Positions 25,091-35,288 of a stretch of 64,000 nt of DNA are shown here, one piece after another; positions within the stretch are counted from its first letter, which is position 1, and every line of letters starts with the position of its first letter. The notes under the pieces are model-generated. The model was not told where the DNA came from and did no database searches. It saw nothing but the letters and a program-made list of their open reading frames with translations. Position numbers and translations under genes: made by a program. The stretch is taken from NCBI GenBank assembly GCA_047495785.1, contig JBLDXI010000019.1, forward strand, positions 3,534,001 through 3,598,000. Direction: 5' to 3'. Origin of the DNA: Lepidodermella squamata. Taxonomy: Eukaryota; Animalia; Gastrotricha.

Positions 25091-25660
25091 AAAATTATAA
25101 ATAATAAATAAAAATTAACGCCAACCATGAATTATGCAATTTAGAATTCATAAACATAAACGAAATTCAACTGGCTATGGCTAAATATTATCGGGTGATG
25201 AACGCACTTTCCTAGCGTTGATAAACAGTAGAAATACTGATATCAGCGCAAATGTTTCCATTGAATTCAACGGCTTCGCTGATGTAATTGAAAAAAATCT
25301 TCATTAATTTGTCAACATATTCTGGCCCTTGAATGTTTGTACGTAAGAGTTTTTACTCGAGATATCATTCGACTGGATTTTTAATGCATTTCGCCCTTGT
25401 TTCGGCATTGAAACCAGATGGCAATTACTATTCGACCTGTCCGATTATTGACCACTTGACGTCTCCCGAAATTTAGAAGATTCATCGCCCTTCGATTAAC
25501 GGAGACTACGAGGTTGTCAAATATTTGCTATTTACGGAAATGCTTTGTTAACATTAAACGGCAACGCTGATGTGACTGAGGGCTTTGTGACTCCATGCGA
25601 CTCCATGACTGTGTGATTTGCCATGGATCACTCGATTTTTAACCTTGGTCCCAATTTCCG

Positions 25661-26135
25661 ATGGGGGCCGATTCGCGGCGCGTGCTACTCTACGCTTGTG
25701 CTGACGGCCACGCCGACCTCGCCTCTTACCTAGTCAAAAAAGGCGCCGACATCGGGGCCAAAACGCGGAACGAGTGCCGGAGCAGCGTTTACGAAAATGA
25801 CACCTTGCCAATACACCTGGCATGCAGCGACGGCTCTTTGCAGATCGTACAACTATTACGCGGCATGGATGAAAGATTTTCCCTAATAATCGATACAGTG
25901 TATCAGCAACTATTACATAACACAGTGAGAAATTCCACAGGCGAATATGGATTTACTCGGCTTCATAAGGCTGCAGATGCGGGTAGCCCCAGCATTGTCC
26001 GTTACTTGGTCGAACAGATGAACGTGGATATTGATTGCAAAGACATGGCAGATGCCACGCCTCCTACACCGGGCTGCCATATCTCACGAGTTGCAAACAG
26101 TCCGAACATTGGTCAGATTGGGGGCCAAGACTAGA
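25661..26135 (+). pseudogene. Ankyrin-repeat gene fragment inside element B
   Basis: LLYACADGHADLASYLVKKGADI, LPIHLACSDGSLQIVQLL, GFTRLHKAADAGSPSIVRYLV. A frameshift near 26060 continues as LHRAAISHELQTVRTLVRLGA. Confidence 0.85.
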
Positions 26136-26609
26136 AGCGCTGGTCACGGGTCTCGAATAGTCGACGCCTGTTTAATCCCAGGCATCCCATTAGCGCAATT
26201 GACGTTCGTTTCAACGTACATTACAGTCGTTTTACCTAATTTATCCTTTGTCCCGCTCTCTCCATCTCTCCCGCTAATATTTTGCAATTCATTACTGTAT
26301 ACCTTTTCCAATAAGGAGACGATGTGGTAAAACTGACTCTAGCTCATGACTGTCTATATTTTTAGCATCTTAATTATAATTCGCTGCCTCTAAGCAACAA
26401 TCGCGGCGAAAATAGAAATAAAACAAAGATTGACATTGCCCATGGGCCTCCCGATGACATTTATGTGGGAAATTTGAACCATAACTGAACAAAAATTTGG
26501 CCCAAAGTCGTAAAAAAATTTGCGACGAAAAAAATAAAGGTAAAGAGCTGCGACCTACCTTGAAATATCGAAGTGAGTAGTCATGCTTCCATGTACGCTG
26601 AATTCCAGT

Positions 26610-27660
26610 CGTCGCTCGTCGTCGTCGTCGCCAACTATGCGCGGAGTCATCAGCTGATGATAGTGGTGATTTTCCAACATCTGCCCGATTTGACCACGCG
26701 TACCTAAAAAGATTAATAAAAAATAATTCAGACTAACACGAATTTTAGAATTTAGCATTAAGAGACGAAATTTAACCGGCCATCACTGAACATTATCGGG
26801 TTCCCTAACGCACTTTCTTAGCGTAGATTAACGCACGAATTATTACTCAACCCTCGCATTCTTTGAATCGCATTTGCTTGTCTTCAACGGTTTATCTTGA
26901 ATATTAATTCTCAAGGGTGAATAGAAATAGCAACTACTCTAATGCTCATTCCCTGCTAATTTGAATTCAAAGAATAGAGATAAATTTTATACACGAAATA
27001 AAATTAAATTGGAAGTTATGCTGATAACTTGACGAGTAATTCCGAAAGCAATTCGTTGAAATAACTAGTTCAGACGTCTACCTTTGGCAATTTTTTAAAA
27101 AGACGGAAGACAATTTTCCTACCTTTGAATTGTACTTTTAGTCGGGCAAGGAATCCTTCGTAGCCATAAGCCGAATTATTACCAATACTCCCGAAATGCT
27201 GAGCACACGTTGGAAGGTGCACGGCTTGATGCAGGTTGAACATGAGGATTTGATCGCCACACAGTAGTTGATGCGTCTCGTTGACGTAGCCATTCAGCAG
27301 CGTCTCGCTTGCGATAGTTGATTCAATAAATCACGGTTTTGCCAGCCGATATTCAAACTGAGAAGCAGGCGGACAAATGATGCTGCGCGACCTGGGCCCA
27401 TCCTCACTGGCGGAATGCCTAGAACCAAATAGGCGTCGACGAACATTGGAGACCATGTATATTCCCCTCAAGTTCTTCACTCATCCTTTCGAAGCAGTTT
27501 CAGCAGTGGGCGAAGCTGAACTGCCAGCAGAGATTCAAAGCGAAAGCAATTGAAGACCGCCTAAAAAAGGCGTAAGAGCGCCTAAAAAAACTTCAAATAC
27601 CAATGATTGTACCGCGAAGTTTCAACTTACGATAATAGAGATCAGGCGCATCACCATGGT
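26610..27660 (-). pseudogene. Second degenerate paralogous CMC transposase fragment (exon 3/exon 4 equivalents)
   Basis: Minus strand 27270-27123 reads QLLCGDQILMFNLHQAVHLPTCAQHFGSIGNNSAYGYEGFLARLKVQFK, followed by the same intron position and GTRGQIGQMLENHHYHQL at ~26703. Confidence 0.8.
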
Positions 27661-28079
27661 TGTTGCTGCACAGAAATATCAAAGCGAGGTTGAAGGCAAC
27701 AACCTTGCATATTTCACCACATGTACGCACGTAACATCAGGCACCATCAAGTAACATCAGGTAACATCAGGTATCCGGTAACGTCGCGCCGTAGTATGTT
27801 GGTTTGGGAACTGCGCAACACCGTTCCATACGATTTTCTTTCCATCACAACAGTAATAAATCAAGAATGAACTTTGGAACAATAGTTCAAACCTATTCAC
27901 AGATGGAAAAATGTTAAAAATGTAACGTTTCCAACAGATAAACCTCTAACGACTTGTGGAATTAAAAAATTGGAGTTGTGGAAGCAAAGTTTTGGGGCCA
28001 GGGGACCGTTTAGGATTCTAGGTGATACTGATGGTTATGGCAAGTTATATTTAAGTAGCTCGATCAAAGAATCTATGTA

Positions 28080-28625
28080 CTATTTCACCGCCCTAAAATA
28101 GTATAAATTAAAAAATAATGTAGAACACCCATGCTCGCCAGGGCGAAGTTAGGGCAAGATGTCGTTCGCCTGATTATTATAGATTGCACTTCGTTCAAAT
28201 CATCGGTCTTGTTACAGGCAGGAAATCACGTGGCTCTGGATGGCGTCTCATTTCCTTGTCGATGCTTTGCGATGCAACTTTCGCTGATGTTCAAGTCGTG
28301 TGTTGGGCTGCGTTCAGTGTTAGTGGTTTTCGTAGTTTCAACAGAATGGTTTCCGGTGAACGAACTTCACGTGGTACCGTAGCATCTTCAGCGATGTGTT
28401 TGCAAACATGTCGATGTGTTGAATGTCGTACGTACGAAAATGGAACCTTCGACCGGATTGAAATTTAAATCTCCGAGGTGCAGGGACATGGCGATATGGT
28501 GGGCGATGTCACAAATGTGATGCCTTTGACACCAGTTCATCTCGACTCTACGTATACTTTGATCAACCGAATAAAAATGTTAACTGCACAATTAATAGTA
28601 TATTTATTTCAGGGCGGTGAAATAG
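28080..28625. mobile_element. MITE-like element
   Basis: CTATTTCACCGCCCTAAAATA ... TATTTCAGGGCGGTGAAATAG inverted termini. TSD not clear. Confidence 0.55.
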
Positions 28626-30906
28626 ACCCATAGCGAAAGATGCTGGAGATGTAAAAGAGCATCTAGTCAAGAAAGTCAAGCCCAAGTCCAAATGCAAAAA
28701 AAAAAATTAACCCATTTAACTGGGACGAAAAAAAAAATAGGCGGGACAGGTGACATGGGCACCCAAAAAAATAAACAAAAGTGATTTATGGGACACGTGG
28801 GACGCATAGGAAAGGCACATAAGTAGCAATGGCACATCGATGCAACTGCGAAAACAGGACTTGAATAATTGAAAAAAATAGACGAAATACTGGGACTAGT
28901 TGAAAAATAGTGAATTTGGTAGATGGCAAAAGCAGGTTGAATAGACATAGCAAAAATATGAGTGCGAGACATAGCAGGTAGATCGACATGTTGACAAAAT
29001 AAATGTGACTAAAGTACAGAAGTGGAGGGCTCACTCACAACTGCATGGCAACTGCAGGTAACGAGCAGGCATAGGAGAGCATTTCGACAAAAATGAATAA
29101 ATGAATAAATTAATTAACTGATGAGACGGACGTGTGAAAAATATCGTGCAGGTGCATAACGACATAGGTCGAAATACGTGGTATTTCATATACACAGAAA
29201 TGAATGATGACTGATTGAGCGAAACAAGAACATGAATATGAATAAAGCGAGAATAAATCAATCAATAAATGCATATGTAAGTGTGCATGGACAGATACGT
29301 GCTACGTGCATACGTGCACAATTGCTGCTAATCACTTACATTACTCGTTACCATGACGATGCCTGTTCTTCTGCTGCTGCTGAGTCTTATGACTGCTGCT
29401 GATACTGCTCTCGCCTTGGCGCTTGTTGCCACTATCATGAGCAGGCTTGGATTTGGTGGCCTGCTTTGCGCTGCTGCTGGCCTTCTTCTCGCTCTGGCTG
29501 GCTTTCTGGTTAGCAATCTTGCTCCTTTTCTTGCTTCCTTTCCGGTTCGCCTTCTTGCTGCTGCTTTTGCCGCTGCGACGAGCTTCTTTGTTCTTGCTCT
29601 TCTTCTCCTGCTTGACTTTGTTAGCTTCTTCATTCTCTGATTCGTCGCTGGCCAGGTATCTCTTAGTGGCGGGTTTTTTGCCGCTCTTCTTCCCGCTCTC
29701 GCTTTCGCTGCTTGACGTTGCGCTGCTAATGACGTTGACGGGGCGAGTTTCGTCGCTTCGTTGAATTTGCGATAACGTCGAATTAGCGTGCGATGGCGGC
29801 GCCTCGACGTCGTGCGGGATTTGTCCTTGCTCGAGTCTCCCTTGTTGTTGTCTCTCCTTCTCGAGTAACTCCTGCTGCAGTTGATCTTGTTTGCGACGCA
29901 TATCTTCCTGCGCAGCAGCTATGCGTAGAGTTCGTTTTAGTTCGGTCTCTTTCAACATTTCGGCGCGCAAGCGTTCGTTCTCAACACGCAATTGCTCGAC
30001 ATACTGCAAACGGTCTTGGAGTTGTTTCGACTCATCGGCGAGTTTTTGAGCCTCTTCGCGCCGTTTTTCTTCGTCTTCAGACTTTTCGGTGACATTTTCT
30101 TCATCGCGTGGATTGGCGCCGGCTTGGTGCTCACCGGTTTCTCCATGCGGGATAGCGCGATGCTCGGCAGCCTCATCGCCACTGATGTTCTCACCTCCAC
30201 CTTCGGCTTCGTTCGGCCTTTTACCAGTTTTGGCATCATGATGTCGATGTCGATGTTGATGCTGATCTTCATCTTCATCTTCATCTACAGTATCTTCTTC
30301 ATCATCGTCATCACCTTCGATATCATCATTTTCATCGTCGCTCTGATCATCGATCGATGAAGTGGTCATGGCTTCCTCAGGATCGTCGAATTCTTCGTCA
30401 TCACGGTCGTCGCCACTTCCGATCGTCGTGACGTCATCTTCATCATTGTCATCATCGCTGCCGTCGACCTTGTCACCTAAGAAATTGCATTATTAGCTAT
30501 GAAGACACAATGCGGCATAATCACTTACGACAGCCTGATCCTTGACTTGAACGCGATCGCGATGGAACACGCGCTAAAACGATTGTTAATGATATTAATA
30601 ATATGGCTTATAGAAAACAGAAGCCAAGGACAACTAACATTTCTCTGCAGAGGACGATTCGAGGAGCTGGCGGGTGATCGGACCCAGTTGGCTCGGCGGC
30701 ATCTCCGCAGCCTCCTCCAGATAAGCATCTATAGATTCTTTATCGCGTTTGCCCGCCTTTTGATCCGTTCCCAATTGGCGGAAGCATTCATTAATTAATT
30801 TGACTGCGACATTGTCTTCGCGCGTCCCTTCTTTGGTTCCGCGAAGGATACGGAAAGCCTCTAAAAGAACACTCGTAATATTAGGAAAATAACCAGCTGA
30901 AGGAGT

Positions 30907-31090
30907 TTAACAAAAAGGAAAGCGATATTCCGTTGACAGTTATATTGGAAAGTGACGTTTTGGTACTAGCTCATACCATCATCAGACTCTAGAACAAAAA
31001 GAAAAGGAATTACAGTGATGGTACGAGCTAGTACCGAAACGCCTCTTTCAAATAAAACTGTCAACGGAATATCGCTTTCCTTTTTGTTAA
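30907..31090. mobile_element. Foldback MITE with ~70-bp arms
   Basis: TTAACAAAAAGGAAAGCGATATTCCGTTGACAGTT ... AACTGTCAACGGAATATCGCTTTCCTTTTTGTTAA. Confidence 0.8.
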
Positions 31091-31466
31091 AGATTGACCC
31101 AGTTCGGGTCTTTATCGGAACATTGAAGGAGTTTCAGTTACCATGAATTCCGCGGCGCGTCGTTTCGTCCGTAGGGATACGCGGGGTCGACGATTTTCGA
31201 TGGAGTTGCAGGACGTGATCTAGGAAATAGCCAGCCTGCATAAAAATACAAGGTAAAGACGGGAATTATTCTGTTACACAACAAGCTTACAGGGAAAATA
31301 CCGCTGTCGTTGGCCACAGCGGCTACGAGAGCTCCCGGTTGCGGGTTCCTATTAGGAAAAGTATTGATTTTTTCCCTCAACACTTTCAGGACATCAACGT
31401 TGCGATGATCGACGAGCGATTTAACAACCTGTTTAAAAGCTAATATTTGCAAAAGCTATGACATAG

Positions 31467-34400
31467 TGTAACCGGTGTGAAGTCAACCGTGACGAACTGC
31501 CGCTCAGTTCGCCGAGGTTCTACGCATCACCGGCAACATAGCGCGGTTCCACTCGACTTACATCTCTACGGTTCACCGACGTGTTAGCGCGATTCCTGTA
31601 GCCGACACAGTAGCTGATGTTGCGCATGACCGATCTTCATCATCCGGAACCAACACGGCCTCGAAAAACAACCCATTCTGATAGTATATAAACCCTGTTA
31701 ATAATGTTGTCAGACACTTGATACACACAAGTCAGGTAGTTGTTTATAGTATAATAAAACCTGTCAGTTGTTGGAGTCCGCCGTCTCTTGCCTAGACCAT
31801 TCGAACCCCTGTTACATTTGGTGTCAGAAGTGGGATCTAGCCAAGAACGGCGGACCCCATGATCAAGCAGGAACCTGGCGACCCGGAGGAGTGTAGGACT
31901 GCAGATAAAACCTTAGCGAAAGCTGGACGACCAATGGCCAGGACGTTCGACACCCGGAAGATGTAGCCACAACGAACGTCAAGGTGCCGACGACATAGAC
32001 AATCTGCAAGGCAACGAGAATCGGCGGATCCTGGCAAGTATCGACATATTGATCGGACTGGATCAGACGGAATGATCGGGTGGATCGGACTGGGCGAAAC
32101 TGGCAAGACAGCCTGGCAAGGATAGGATCGACGACCGGTTAGTCTAGGCCTGATCGTTTGCGGACAACGTTGCTAAGGAAACGGATGGAATGGTGCAGGG
32201 CCTACAATGTAAAACTGTGTACTGTAGCGTTGACTGCCCACACTTAGTGATTAGTACGCGTAGTGCGTAGTATTGCGAGTTATGGAAATACTGGCTAACC
32301 CTAGCACTGGTAATACCGGGTGCATGCAGCTGCTTTGGAGGAAAGACATGATGGTTTCAGACCGATAACCGACTTCAGCCCTAACCCCAGCCCTAAGACG
32401 GTACGGACAAGTGGATGAGTTTCCTTACACGGACGTAACTTCTGGTTGTCACCGATAATATTGAACGGAGACGAGGGCGTGTTTGTCCAGCAGCAGTTGT
32501 CGTATATATGGTTGTGGAACGAAGTTTGTTATGGAGTATGCCCTTCTTGAAAGGAAGAAGGAAGAGACTGTCGCAATATAGTGAAGCTAACGACCGGACG
32601 GTACCGTAGACACGCGCCGCATTTACGTCGGGAATCAAAAGTTCGGCCGAACCTTCTTCACCTGGAGCCTGACGTACAGAATGCGAGCGAATGACTGACA
32701 ATTGAGAGCGATGTGATACTATGATTGTACAATCCTGGAGACGCATAGTCTGGAGATGTCCCAGGTGACGACCTGGAAGGGAGCGGTAGTTCGCAAGGAT
32801 TTTTGACTGGGTGATATGGTAAGAAAACCCCCGAAAGGCGGCTCGCTCCGAGTTGGCTGCTGGATGATGGATGGCGCCACTTGTGATGTTGTTTGAACAC
32901 CCCTCGAAGTCGCCAATTGCAGTCTTCTTGGACTGGTTTAACCGCGTTGATCATGACGCCGCTGAACCTTGCTGGGCGATTGTAGCCGTGAAAGATGCTG
33001 CGACGAAGCGTGAATGGCATCGGAGTATCTCTAAAGTCGCAACGTCGATTGAGGAAGTGACGAACCCTGTAACCAGAAGCCGAGGTGATGATGATAATGG
33101 AAAGGGCGGGTGGCGAGTTAAGAGCCGTCGACTTAGTAAACCTTCTCTATGACACATATTTCTGGAGAGAACTACACGATCGAGTCTGACGCCATGTGTT
33201 CGAGGAATAGCCCTGGTGTGTCGAACTGGCCGAGTAGCGAGTGCACTTTCTCGTCATTGGTGATAGTTGCTCTTCTGATTCAGTCTTGTGTTGTGCGTTA
33301 TAAACCTTCTAAGCTTGTGTCTGCACCTATCTTTTATTAACTTGGAAAAAAGAGGGATGGGAATATCATGTCGGGACGGAGTGGAGTAGCCATTAACAAC
33401 CACCGTAGCAAATTAACAAGTCGATTAATAACAATTGTGCCAAGCCGTAGTATAGTTTATGTGCGCCGACACGGATTATGGACTATTACTAACATTATGA
33501 CCTTTGTTGCTGGTAGTATAGTTGCATAGTAATAGTGTTGTATATAGTAGTGTTGTTTAGAGCTATACTGTTACGATTCCTGTAAATCAAACAGATACGC
33601 CTGCTCTAATATGTGATGAATTGAAGCAACTCACGACCAAGATGCAACTCAAATCTTCCGTCGGGTACTACGCCGCATGTGAACCACAGCTGCACAACGT
33701 TTCCGGCCACGCCGTAGATTCGACGATGACGACTCATCGGCAACCACCGTTACAGTGGCAGTTGCAGCATCTTTTACTACGGGGCGGACATTGACTTCAA
33801 CCTCGGCGTCGACCAGTGTAGCAGCCTCGACGGTTTCCGCGGCCATTGCGCGGGCACCTACGTCAGGAACTGTTTCGGACACCGACTGCGGCATGCGGGT
33901 AGTTTGAGGATTCATTGATCCCGGTGGATCACTCCTCAACCACCGTAAATACGACGCGGTAATCGCAAGATCGCGGGCATGTCCGCTATGACGGAACAGA
34001 AATGACTCATAGGTGCGAAGAGCTGCTGCCACTAGCTCCTCGACGCCAGCACCGGTCGTTAGGTCGTAAGTTCGGCCAGAGATGTCACTGGATGCTGGGC
34101 TGATGGCACCCGAGCGTTGATCTTCGACGTTGGACATACTGGGCGTAGTTGTATTGCTTGAAGTTATGGAACTGCCTCCGACATGGTCATTTTATATGGT
34201 AGTCAGCGAACGATACGCGGTCACGATTCAATGACTCTGTGGATAACTGTTTTCATGGACACCCGTAGTCATAGGTTAAACGGGGAGGAATTGTAACCGG
34301 TGTGAAGTCAACCGTGACGAACTGCCGCTCAGTTCGCCGAGGTTCTACGCATCACCGGCAACATAGCGCGGTTCCACTCGACTTACATCTCTACGGTTCA

Positions 34401-34641
34401 CCGACGTGTTAGCGCGATTCCTGTAGCCGACACAGTAGCTGATGTTGCGCATGACCGATCTTCATCATCCGGAACCAACACGGCCTCGAAAAACAACCCA
34501 TTCTGATAGTATATAAACCCTGTTAATAATGTTGTCAGACACTTGATACACACAAGTCAGGTAGTTGTTTATAGTATAATAAAACCTGTCAGTTGTTGGA
34601 GTCCGCCGTCTCTTGCCTAGACCATTCGAACCCCTGTTACA
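31467..34641 (+). mobile_element. Non-autonomous LTR retrotransposon (gypsy-like signals), 3175 bp
   Basis: 350-bp LTRs TG...CA at 31467-31816 and 34292-34641, identical by eye, each with TATATAAA and AATAAA. 4-bp TSD ATAG. PBS TGGTGTCAGAAGTGGGAT (31819-31836, tRNA-Leu type). PPT GGGGAGGAA before the 3' LTR. No recognisable gag/pol. Confidence 0.95.
33649..34137 (-). CDS. Antisense ORF (162 aa) of unknown function inside the LTR element
   Basis: ATG start, TATA-like sequence ~55 bp upstream on the minus strand, basic C-terminus RRGRKR...RRSTRRKI. Longest ORF in the element. Confidence 0.45.
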   Translation of the reverse strand: MSNVEDQRSGAISPASSDISGRTYDLTTGAGVEELVAAALRTYESFLFRHSGHARDLAITASYLRWLRSDPPGSMNPQTTRMPQSVSETVPDVGARAMAAETVEAATLVDAEVEVNVRPVVKDAATATVTVVADESSSSNLRRGRKRCAAVVHMRRSTRRKI

Positions 34642-35288
34642 ATAGCATTGAAGAAAACTCACATAAGACTTGTTAATGCCCGGGTAGGGGTCGACAGGCT
34701 GAGCGGGTGCGGCCTTCTTCATCTCCTTCAACGTTTTCGATATTTTTCGTAGGCGCATTTCACTGGAATGTTGCAAGCAATAAAGCTTGCAGATTTGCTT
34801 CTGAAATTCAAATACCATGTTAAAAGCCATATCACAGCATTGCTACCGCATTGTGAGTGACACATCTCACGTGAAAGATAATTTTGAGCACACCTGAGAT
34901 TTTCCTTTCCTTTCCTTTCGTTACCTTTCCTTATTCCGAACCTTTGCAAAGAATGGTAAAAACATAGTTATCTCAGTTTTTGATTTGAAAAAAATTTAGA
35001 AATACCTCGACCATTTCATTTTAAAAATCGAGTTCCCGAATAATGACACAATAATTTCATCAGAGTTCTTCATCATACTGTATCACGAGACCAGTTAAAA
35101 CGCGTTCTTTCCCTAGGAACTGCAAACAATCATCTATTCAAAACAAAGTTATAACTTGCCTCTGGCGATAGCCGCATGAAATCCCGCTTCTCCTCTTCCG
35201 TGATCTCCGTTGACGATGGCTTCTCTTTTTTAGGCATCTAAATAAATTATATGAAGAAATTTAGTAATCCTAGTGTAATCTTCAAATT

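Larger units (their letters stand above)
29341..35237 (-). pseudogene. Second multi-exon gene of element B: BEN-like remnant followed by Asp/Glu-rich, coiled-coil and Lys/Ser-rich low-complexity region, probably disrupted
   Basis: Exon-like blocks MPKKEKPSSTEITEEEKRDFMRLSPE (35237-35160), KQICKLYCLQHSSEMRLRK (34800-34663), VVKSLVDHRNVDVLKVLREKIN (~31428-31300) and the long ORF 30369-29341. Stops and frameshifts near 35000-35070. An LTR element sits in one intron. The exon chain is not fully resolved. Confidence 0.5.

Noticed and set aside
29328-30360. Hydrophobic membrane-protein-like ORFs on the + strand and alternative frames
   Set aside because: Antisense or frame shadows of the D/E/K-rich minus-strand ORF. 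The same applies to 19249-19935, 40256-40557 and 41379-41624.
31837-33340. gag/pol ORFs inside the LTR element
   Set aside because: Only short ORFs, with no zinc knuckle, protease, RT or integrase motifs recognised.
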